A stretch of 32,000 bases of DNA from Oceanibacterium hippocampi (GTDB taxonomy: Bacteria; Pseudomonadota; Alphaproteobacteria; Sneathiellales; Sneathiellaceae): contig NZ_FWFR01000001.1 in the NCBI RefSeq assembly GCF_900172325.1, forward strand, positions 1,410,335-1,442,334, read 5' to 3'. Positions 25,199-31,378 of this stretch are shown here, piece by piece (positions within the stretch are counted from its first letter, which is position 1; every line of letters starts with the position of its first letter). The notes below the pieces were generated by a model, which made no database searches, was not told the origin of the DNA, and worked only from the letters and a program-made list of their open reading frames with translations. Made by a program: the position numbers and the translations under genes.

Positions 25199-26647
25199 TC
25201 AGGGATAAATCGCGGCCCGGAAATCGGCGGCGATCTGCGCCGCCGCCGGCCCCGGCGCGGTTGGCCCTTCGAGCGGCGGTACCGCCGCGCGGATTTGCCC
25301 GAGCCTTGCGGCGAGCGCCGGCGGCACCGCCCGTCCGGTCGCGTGGAAGGCCTGGCTGGCGACCAGCGCCAGGGTGGCCAGCGCCGATTCCAGCATCCGC
25401 CCGGCCTCGGCCTGGCCGATCCAGGCGAAGCTCGAATTGGTGGCGACGTCGTTCTGGCCGAAGCCGCCGCTTTCCGCGCCCGGCAGGAAGGTCCGCGCCG
25501 CCGCCCGCCGGGCCTGCTCGCCATAGCCGACCAGCGCCATCGGCGTGCAGCCGAGATAGGGCAGCGCGCCGTCCCCGGTGCCGAGCTGGTCGGGCAGCAG
25601 CGAGATCGCGCCGTCGAGCGTCTTGGCGGCGATCCGGTCGGCCAGCGTGCAGAGATCGGCGTAGGCGGCGGCCAGTTCGTCCATCGCCGGCGCCGCCATC
25701 GCGTTGTGATAGCCGCCAGTCGAGGCGATCCGGCCGTTCGGATGCGCCGGATCGGCCTCGTCGCCGGGCGGCAGGTAGACCGGGTTGTCGGTAACGGCCG
25801 CAAGCGAGACCCCGGCCGCGCGCCGCGCCTCGGCCTCCGCCCGCCGGGCGCGCGCCAGCAGGCGCGGCAGGATGCGGAACGAGACCGGTGCCTGGTAGGG
25901 CCGCCGCCTGTCGGTGCCGCCGGCGATGAGCGCGCGCATCCGGGCGAGCGTCGCCGTCTCGTGCGGATCGCCCCAGAGCGTCCCGAGGGCCTCGTCGAGA
26001 TGCTCCCGCGGCGCCTGGAAGGCCTCGTAGGCGAGCGCGAAGATTTCCTCGGCGACGGCGAGGCGGCGTTCGGCCAGAAGCACGGAATCGGCGATCAGCG
26101 CGCTTGCCATCGGACTGCCGTTGATCAGCGCCAGCGCCTCCTTCTCGGCCAGCGTCACGCGTTCGGCGAGCGGCACGAACAGGTGCGAAAGCGCGAGGAT
26201 CTCGCCGGCCCCGCCCAGGCCGTCCATGGGCACGAGCGGCAGCGACGGGTCGTCGAGCAGGGCCGCCACGGCCTCGGCGAGCGGCAGGCTGACCGCGGCA
26301 TGGCCGCCCAGGAAATTGGCGAGCCGGGCGAAGACGATGCCCCGGGTCACCCGCTCCGGCATCGGCGGGCCGAAACTCGCCATGTCCGGATAGGGCGGGC
26401 GCTTCGCCTGGGCCTTCCGGCCGGCCTCGTCGAGCCGTATCTTCGCCTGCTGGCCATAGCCCGAGGTGACGCCGTAGACGGTGATGCCGGGCTGCTCGAT
26501 CAGGCGCAGGAAGGCGGCCCGGGCGGCCGCGATGCGCGCCCCGGCCTCGGCCCCGATCCGCACCGTCGCGCCCTCCCAGGCGACCCGGCGGTAGCGGTCG
26601 AGCGTCAGGTCGGCACGGCTTTCGAGCGTGATCACGCGGTCGGTCAT
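25199..26647 (-). CDS. HAL/PAL-family (aromatic amino acid lyase fold) protein lacking the MIO-forming Ala-Ser-Gly triad
   Basis: Family motifs are present: YGVTSGYG, LALINGSP, AVTDNPV. The MIO loop reads DGLGGAGEILALSH instead of GSVGASGDLAPLAH. ATG 26647 has an AAAGGGGAA SD. Confidence 0.85.
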   Translation of the reverse strand: MTDRVITLESRADLTLDRYRRVAWEGATVRIGAEAGARIAAARAAFLRLIEQPGITVYGVTSGYGQQAKIRLDEAGRKAQAKRPPYPDMASFGPPMPERVTRGIVFARLANFLGGHAAVSLPLAEAVAALLDDPSLPLVPMDGLGGAGEILALSHLFVPLAERVTLAEKEALALINGSPMASALIADSVLLAERRLAVAEEIFALAYEAFQAPREHLDEALGTLWGDPHETATLARMRALIAGGTDRRRPYQAPVSFRILPRLLARARRAEAEARRAAGVSLAAVTDNPVYLPPGDEADPAHPNGRIASTGGYHNAMAAPAMDELAAAYADLCTLADRIAAKTLDGAISLLPDQLGTGDGALPYLGCTPMALVGYGEQARRAAARTFLPGAESGGFGQNDVATNSSFAWIGQAEAGRMLESALATLALVASQAFHATGRAVPPALAARLGQIRAAVPPLEGPTAPGPAAAQIAADFRAAIYP

Positions 26648-26783
26648 CGGGTTCCCCTTTCGGCGCGGTCTTGATACAGCCGCATTTCGACGCGATGTTA
26701 GGCGCTCCGGCCCATGACGTCAGCCTCGCGTCAGGCAGCGGTCGGGGACCGAGCGAATATCCGCGCGAAACGGGAGACGATCC

Positions 26784-27080
26784 ATGGCCAGGCTGCTCAT
26801 TCCGACGCTGCTGACGGCGTCCCTGCTGTGCGGCGGCGCGCTGGCCCAGGAGCCGAACAAGGAGGATCCTTCCGAGCTTGCGCGCGAGGGCATCGAGCGC
26901 TTCATGCGTGCGCTCGAGCTGTTCGTCGACCAGATCCCGCTTTACGGCGTACCCTACGTGGACGGCGACGGCAATGTCGTCATCCCGCGCATCGATCGCG
27001 ACAAGGCCGACGAGGGCGATGACAGGCCGATGCCGGAAGAGAAGAAGAACGAGGGCAAGGTCGAGGAAACCCGTCTCTGA
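26784..27080 (+). CDS. small secreted protein, hypothetical
   Basis: Signal peptide MARLLIPTLLTASLLCGGALA|QE, a GGGAG SD 7 nt upstream, and a charged C-terminal tail. Confidence 0.6.
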   Translation: MARLLIPTLLTASLLCGGALAQEPNKEDPSELAREGIERFMRALELFVDQIPLYGVPYVDGDGNVVIPRIDRDKADEGDDRPMPEEKKNEGKVEETRL

Positions 27081-27104
27081 CCGGCCGCCTGCCGATCCCG
27101 TTCC

Positions 27105-27542
27105 ATGACTGATTTCGGCGTCTATGCCGGCCTGTTCGCGATCGCCTTCCTGGCCGCCACGATCCTTCCGGCGCAGTCGGAGGCCGGCCTCTCGGCGCTG
27201 CTGCTCGCGGGCGACCGGCCGGTGCTGCTGCTCGTCGCCGTGGCGAGCGCCGGCAACACGCTGGGCGCCGTGGTCAACTGGCTGCTCGGCCGCTTCATCG
27301 AACGCTTTCGTGGCCGTCGCTGGTTCCCGGCCAGTCCCGCGCAGGTCGAGCGCGCGTCCGGCTGGTACCGCCGCTACGGCTACTGGAGCCTGCTGCTGAG
27401 CTGGGTGCCGTTCATCGGCGATCCGCTGACCCTGGTCGCCGGCCTGTTGCGGGAGCCGCTCTGGCGCTTCTTGGCACTCGTCACGCTGGCCAAGACCGGC
27501 CGCTATGTCGTCGTCGCGATGATCGTCCTGCAGTGGGTCTGA
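27105..27542 (+). CDS. yqaA: YqaA-family (DedA/SNARE-associated type) membrane protein
   Basis: 145-aa polytopic membrane protein with a YqaA-like pattern (ILPAQSEAGLSALLLAG ... GNTLGAVVNWLLGR ... VPFIGDPLTLVAG). Confidence 0.75.
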   Translation: MTDFGVYAGLFAIAFLAATILPAQSEAGLSALLLAGDRPVLLLVAVASAGNTLGAVVNWLLGRFIERFRGRRWFPASPAQVERASGWYRRYGYWSLLLSWVPFIGDPLTLVAGLLREPLWRFLALVTLAKTGRYVVVAMIVLQWV

Positions 27543-27558
27543 GCCGGCAATTGCATCC

Positions 27559-27584
27559 GGCCGACATTGCCGTCAACATCCGGA
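27559..27584 (+). repeat. copy A of a ~26-nt intercistronic motif (GGCCGACATTGCCGTCAACATCCGGA)
   Basis: It begins 16 nt after the yqaA stop and ends 24 nt before the dehydrogenase ATG. It matches copy B at 24 of 26 aligned positions with one 1-nt indel. Confidence 0.55.
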
Positions 27585-27607
27585 AAAAACACGGCAACGG
27601 ACCTGAC

Positions 27608-28567
27608 ATGACCAAGCGTACCCGCGTTCTTCTCTGGACCGACACGCCCGCCCCCTACCTCGACGCCATCAGCGCGGCCGGGCTGGCGGAGCGGGTAACG
27701 GTCGACACCCTTCCCCGAAACGAGACGCCCTCGGCCCAGCGGCACGCGGGCACCGAGGTGCTGGTCGCCTGGCGCTCGCCGCCCGGAATCCTGGCGGAAC
27801 TGGCCGGGCTGCGATGGGTGCAGGCGATGACCGCCGGGGTCGACAGCTGGCTGCGGCTGCCGGACCTGCGGCCGGGCGTGACGCTGACCTGCGCCCGCGG
27901 CACGCATCGCGAATCGATGCCCGAGAACATCCTGGGCGCGCTGTTTCACCTGACCAAGCCCTTCGCCGCGATCGTCGAGGACCAGAAGACCCGCACCTGG
28001 ACCTCCCGTATCGCGGAATCGCTGAACGGCAGGACCCTCGGTATTCTCGGTCTCGGCGCGATCGGGCAGGACCTCGCCCGGCTCGCGGCCATGCTCGGGA
28101 TGCGGGTGATCGGCACGAAGCGGGTGCCGGCCGATCTGCCGGGCGTTGCCGAGGTCTATCCGCCGGAGCGAACGGACGCAGTGCTCGCGGACTCGGATTT
28201 CGTCCTGCTGCTGCTGCCGGCCACGCCGGCGACCGAGAATTTCATCGACGCCGGCCGGCTCGCGCTGATGAAGCCGACCGCCTGGCTGCTCAATTTCGGG
28301 CGCGGCCATCTCGTCGTCGATGACGACCTGATCGCGGCGGTCGAGGGCAGGCGGATCGCCGGGGCGATGCTCGATGTCTTCCGCCAGGAGCCGCTGCCCC
28401 GCGAGCATCCGTTCTGGGGCACGCCGGGGATCATCGTGCTGCCCCATGTCGGCGGCATGCATCCGGAGCGGGACAGGACCGTGGCGCGGCTGTTCGTCGA
28501 CAACCTGCGGCGTTTCCTCGACGGCGAACCGTTGACCGAGATCGTCGATCGCGCGGTCGGCTACTGA
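27608..28567 (+). CDS. D-isomer-specific 2-hydroxyacid dehydrogenase family protein
   Basis: NAD-binding GILGLGAIGQDLA, plus LLNFGRGHLVVDDDL and PHVGGMH catalytic-region motifs. I chose the ATG at 27608 (MTKRTRVLLW) over the GTG at 27533. Confidence 0.88.
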   Translation: MTKRTRVLLWTDTPAPYLDAISAAGLAERVTVDTLPRNETPSAQRHAGTEVLVAWRSPPGILAELAGLRWVQAMTAGVDSWLRLPDLRPGVTLTCARGTHRESMPENILGALFHLTKPFAAIVEDQKTRTWTSRIAESLNGRTLGILGLGAIGQDLARLAAMLGMRVIGTKRVPADLPGVAEVYPPERTDAVLADSDFVLLLLPATPATENFIDAGRLALMKPTAWLLNFGRGHLVVDDDLIAAVEGRRIAGAMLDVFRQEPLPREHPFWGTPGIIVLPHVGGMHPERDRTVARLFVDNLRRFLDGEPLTEIVDRAVGY

Positions 28568-28585
28568 GCGTTCCGCCGTTGCCTC

Positions 28586-28612
28586 GGCCCGACATTGCCG
28601 CCAACATTCGGA
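28586..28612 (+). repeat. copy B of the intercistronic motif (GGCCCGACATTGCCGCCAACATTCGGA)
   Basis: It begins 18 nt after the dehydrogenase stop and ends 58 nt before the ada ATG. Confidence 0.55.
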
Positions 28613-28669
28613 TAGAGCGATCCGTCCCGTCCGGTCATGCTTCGGCCCAGACATCGCGGGAGATGACAG

Positions 28670-29752
28670 ATGGACCAGACAGACAAGCGTTTCGACGCCT
28701 TCATGAACCGGGACAAGTCCGCCGACGGCAGTTTCGTCGTGGCGGTCACCTCGACGCATATCTATTGCCGGCCGTCCTGCCCGGCCCGGCGGCCGAAGCC
28801 CGAGAATATCCGCTTCTACGATTTGCCCGAGGCGGCCGAGCAGGCCGGCTTCCGGGCCTGCAAGCGCTGTCACCCGCGGGATGCCGCGGCCCAGGATCCG
28901 GATGTTCGCCGGGTCCGCCGGGCCTGCGAGGTGATCGCCGCCCGGCTGGCCGGGGGCGAGGGCGGTCCGCCGACGCTCGACGAACTGGCCGAGGCGGTCG
29001 GCACCAGTGCCTCGCACCTGCAGCGCCGCTTCCGGAAACTCGTGGGCGTGAGCCCGCGCGACTATGCCGACCAGCTTCGCCTCACGGGCTTCAAGGGCCG
29101 GCTGCGCGACGGCGACGATATCGCGGGCGCGCTGTACGAATCCGGCTACGGCTCGCCGAGCCGGGTCTATGAACGGGCCGGCGCGACCATGGGGATGACC
29201 CCGGCGACCTATGCCAAGGGCGGCAAGGGCGCCCGCATGGGCTACGCGATCGCCGCCTCGCCGCTCGGCCGAGTGCTGGTCGCCGGCACCGTGACCGGCG
29301 TCTCGGCGATCTACCTGGGCGACGACGAGGCCTTCCTGGCGGCCGAACTCAGGGCCGAGTATCCGCTCGCCGAGATCGTCCGGGACGAGGCCGCGCTGGG
29401 GCCGCTGGTCGCCGTCGTATTGCGCTACCTGGAGGGCGATCTGCCCCACCCCGAGTTGCCGCTCGACGTCCAGGGCACCGCCTTCCAGCGCCGGGTCTGG
29501 CAGGAGCTGATGGCGATTCCGGCCGGCGAGACGGCGACCTACAAGGATCTCGCCGTCCGCATGGGCCAGCCGAAGGCGGCGCGCGCCGTCGGCCGGGCCT
29601 GCGCCACCAACCCGGTGTCGCTTGCCATTCCCTGTCACCGGGCGATCGGCACCGACGGCGCCCTGCACGGCTATCGCTGGGGTCTCGACCGCAAGCAGGC
29701 GATCCTCGCCCGCGAGCGCGCCCGTCGCGGCAAGGCGGTGGCGGCGGCCTAA
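28670..29752 (+). CDS. ada: bifunctional Ada: methylphosphotriester-DNA methyltransferase/AraC-type activator fused to O6-methylguanine-DNA methyltransferase
   Basis: N-terminal Zn/Cys motif IYCRPSCPARR...FRACKRCHP, an AraC HTH in the middle, and the C-terminal acceptor motif IPCHRAIG. GGGAG SD 7 nt upstream. Confidence 0.92.
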   Translation: MDQTDKRFDAFMNRDKSADGSFVVAVTSTHIYCRPSCPARRPKPENIRFYDLPEAAEQAGFRACKRCHPRDAAAQDPDVRRVRRACEVIAARLAGGEGGPPTLDELAEAVGTSASHLQRRFRKLVGVSPRDYADQLRLTGFKGRLRDGDDIAGALYESGYGSPSRVYERAGATMGMTPATYAKGGKGARMGYAIAASPLGRVLVAGTVTGVSAIYLGDDEAFLAAELRAEYPLAEIVRDEAALGPLVAVVLRYLEGDLPHPELPLDVQGTAFQRRVWQELMAIPAGETATYKDLAVRMGQPKAARAVGRACATNPVSLAIPCHRAIGTDGALHGYRWGLDRKQAILARERARRGKAVAAA

Positions 29753-30447
29753 CTCGCGTCGGCGAGCGCGGCCCGGCGCTCTTCCATCCGGGCCGCCCGC
29801 TCGGCCTGCCGCGCCAGGTATTGGGCGCGGCGTTCGGCCATCCGCGCGAGATTGGCCTGGCGCCGTTCCTCGGCCGCCCGGCGGCGTTCGTCCTGCCACA
29901 GCGCGAAGACCCGCTTGCGATAGGGTACCGCATGTTCGCGGGTCGTCGAATGGTAATGCGCGACCGCCATCCCCCAGGACCGCCGGCTCTTGTAGAGCTC
30001 GTGCAGGAAGCGGGCGGCATAGTCGGCGTTGGCCGACGGATCGAAGGCGGTTTCGAGGTCGTCGAACGCGTCCGGGTGATATTTCAGGTTCACCTGCATG
30101 CAGCCGACGTCGATATTCCGGACCCCCTTGGCGGCGAGTGCCTCGACCTCGGCGATCGCCTCCGCCTTGCTATCGTAGTAACGGCCTCGGCCCTCGGCAT
30201 AGACGGTCCAGGGCCAGGCAATTCTTGCCTGCCGGTCGGCATCCCAGCGTCCCGATTCGGCGAGCGCGACGGCGGCCAGGAGCTGTGGCGGCAGGCGATG
30301 GGTCTTCTCGGCGTTTTCCGCCATCGCGGCGCAGACTCCGGGGGCTGGCGGCGCTTCTGCGGGCAGGCCGGACGCCGCCGCGGCGGCCCCCGACAGGGCA
30401 AGCGGGAGGACGAAAAGGCGAATCAGGCGGGCGATGCGTACAATCAT
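29749..30447 (-). CDS. lytic transglycosylase (SLT domain) with an Arg/Ala/Glu-rich C-terminal tail
   Basis: Signal peptide MIVRIARLIRLFVLPLALSGAAAAA, catalytic region LLAAVALAESGRW, and GCMQVNLKYH. I preferred ATG 30447 over 30501 for signal-peptide geometry. Neither start has an SD. Confidence 0.78.
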   Translation of the reverse strand: MIVRIARLIRLFVLPLALSGAAAAASGLPAEAPPAPGVCAAMAENAEKTHRLPPQLLAAVALAESGRWDADRQARIAWPWTVYAEGRGRYYDSKAEAIAEVEALAAKGVRNIDVGCMQVNLKYHPDAFDDLETAFDPSANADYAARFLHELYKSRRSWGMAVAHYHSTTREHAVPYRKRVFALWQDERRRAAEERRQANLARMAERRAQYLARQAERAARMEERRAALADAS

Positions 30448-30489
30448 GCGAATATTGAAAGCAAGCGGCGTGCCATTCGCGGGCGGCCC

Positions 30490-30660
30490 GATTGCCGCCA
30501 TAAGAGGCAGAGTGATTGCCTATTGTGCAATGCAACAGAAATCGATTGCCAAAAACTTTCAGAGACGGGGGCCAATGCATCTATCGGCTGTCCCGTGCGG
30601 CGAAAAAACGTCTGAATCCAACGTTCTCTCAAAAAAATTCCGATTTGGTATTGGCAATCG
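30490..30660. promoter_or_regulatory. cluster of four (C)GATTGCC motifs, three on plus and one on minus
   Basis: GATTGCC at 30490-30496, 30514-30520 and 30544-30550, and its reverse complement at 30653-30659. Copies 3 and 4 form a 10-nt inverted repeat, CGATTGCCAA / TTGGCAATCG. Confidence 0.45.
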
Positions 30661-30685
30661 GTGGCGTGGATGTCAGATTGTGCAT

Positions 30686-30785
30686 CGCGGCATTGGCGCG
30701 CCCGCGTTGGTGCCGCAGCCCTTAATCGGGCGTTTCCTCCCTTGACTTGGGCTGCTTCCCGAAACGGAAGCAGCCCCTTTTTTTT
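30686..30785 (+). ncRNA. candidate small RNA: 5-prime hairpin, single-stranded UUCCUCCC, intrinsic terminator
   Basis: Hairpin 30687-30716 (GCGGCA.../...TGCCGC, extended by G-U and G-C pairs), TTTCCTCCC at 30733-30741, and the terminator at 30749-30785. A possible promoter is TTGGCA (30651-56), 17 nt, CAGATT (30674-79). The 5-prime end is a guess. Confidence 0.3.
30749..30785 (+). terminator. strong Rho-independent terminator
   Basis: Perfect 11-bp stem GGGCTGCTTCC / GGAAGCAGCCC with a 6-nt loop, followed by C and a run of 8 T. The T-run is on the plus strand only. Confidence 0.85.
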
Positions 30786-30809
30786 GCCTGCCCGGAAGGG
30801 TGTGCCGGG

Positions 30810-31364
30810 TCACACGGGGTCGGGCGGCCGGTCGGCGCCGGCGCCGAGGGCGCGCTGCATCAGCACCACGTCCAGCCAGCGGCCGAACTTGAAGCCGACG
30901 GACTCGAGGGTGCCCAGGTGGCGGAACCCGGCGCGACGGTGCAATTCGATCGAGCCGGTGTTGCCGGCATCGCCGATCACCGCGATCATCTGCCGGCGGC
31001 CGCCCGCCGTCGCCTCGGCGATCAGGCGGTCAAGCAGCAGCCGGCCGACACCCCGGCCGCGATGGCCGGCCTCGATATAGATGCTGTCCTCGACCGTGTG
31101 GCGATAGGCCGGGCGCGGACGGTAGAGCCCGGCATAGGCATAGCCGGCGATCGCCCCGCCGGAACGGGCTTCGGCGACGATCCAGGGCAGGCCCTCGGCC
31201 TGCACCGTCCGGAGGCGCCTTTCCATCTCCGCCGCGTCGGGCGGGACGAGCTCGAAGGAGGACGATCCGTGGAGCACCGCGTCGGCATAGATCCGGGTGA
31301 TCGCCGGGAGGTCGGCGACGGTCGCGGCGCGCAGTCCGTACGCGGTCGGGTTTGCGGCGGTCAT
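30810..31364 (-). CDS. GNAT acetyltransferase, phosphinothricin/methionine-sulfoximine N-acetyltransferase (PAT)-like
   Basis: ITRIYADAVLHGSSSFELVPP and HRGRGVGRLLLDRLI, then GSIELHRRAGFRHLGTLESVGFKFGRWLDVVLMQR, as in PAT-type enzymes. Confidence 0.85.
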   Translation of the reverse strand: MTAANPTAYGLRAATVADLPAITRIYADAVLHGSSSFELVPPDAAEMERRLRTVQAEGLPWIVAEARSGGAIAGYAYAGLYRPRPAYRHTVEDSIYIEAGHRGRGVGRLLLDRLIAEATAGGRRQMIAVIGDAGNTGSIELHRRAGFRHLGTLESVGFKFGRWLDVVLMQRALGAGADRPPDPV

Positions 31365-31378
31365 CGTGGGCGCAGGGC

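Noticed and set aside
23808-26674. 466-aa and 509-aa plus-strand ORFs antisense to the thiolase and HAL-family genes.
   Set aside because: The minus-strand frames carry unmistakable thiolase and lyase-fold motifs. The plus-strand translations are low-complexity.
28586-28612. Calling the repeated motif upstream of ada an Ada box.
   Set aside because: It does not match the E. coli Ada-box consensus as I remember it, and I know of no alphaproteobacterial Ada operator to compare with. It is left as an untested hypothesis.
27533-28620. Reading the repeated 26-nt motif as a conserved peptide (ADIAVNIR / PDIAANIR) in ORFs starting at 27533 and 28579.
   Set aside because: The shared peptide follows automatically from the shared DNA. 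The second ORF is out of frame with ada and continues as a 197-aa low-complexity shadow ORF, and the first would add an atypical extension to the dehydrogenase.
27503-29899. 798-aa minus-strand ORF antisense to the dehydrogenase and ada.
   Set aside because: The translation is an Arg/Gly/Pro/Ala-rich shadow ORF. The plus strand encodes a textbook 2-hydroxyacid dehydrogenase and Ada.
30575-30745. 56-codon ORF ending 3 nt before the strong terminator, considered as a small protein gene.
   Set aside because: I did not call it a CDS. Its third-position GC is only about half by my count, against very high values in neighbouring genes, and the G-run sits only 3 nt from the ATG. It is kept as the alternative explanation in the sRNA finding.
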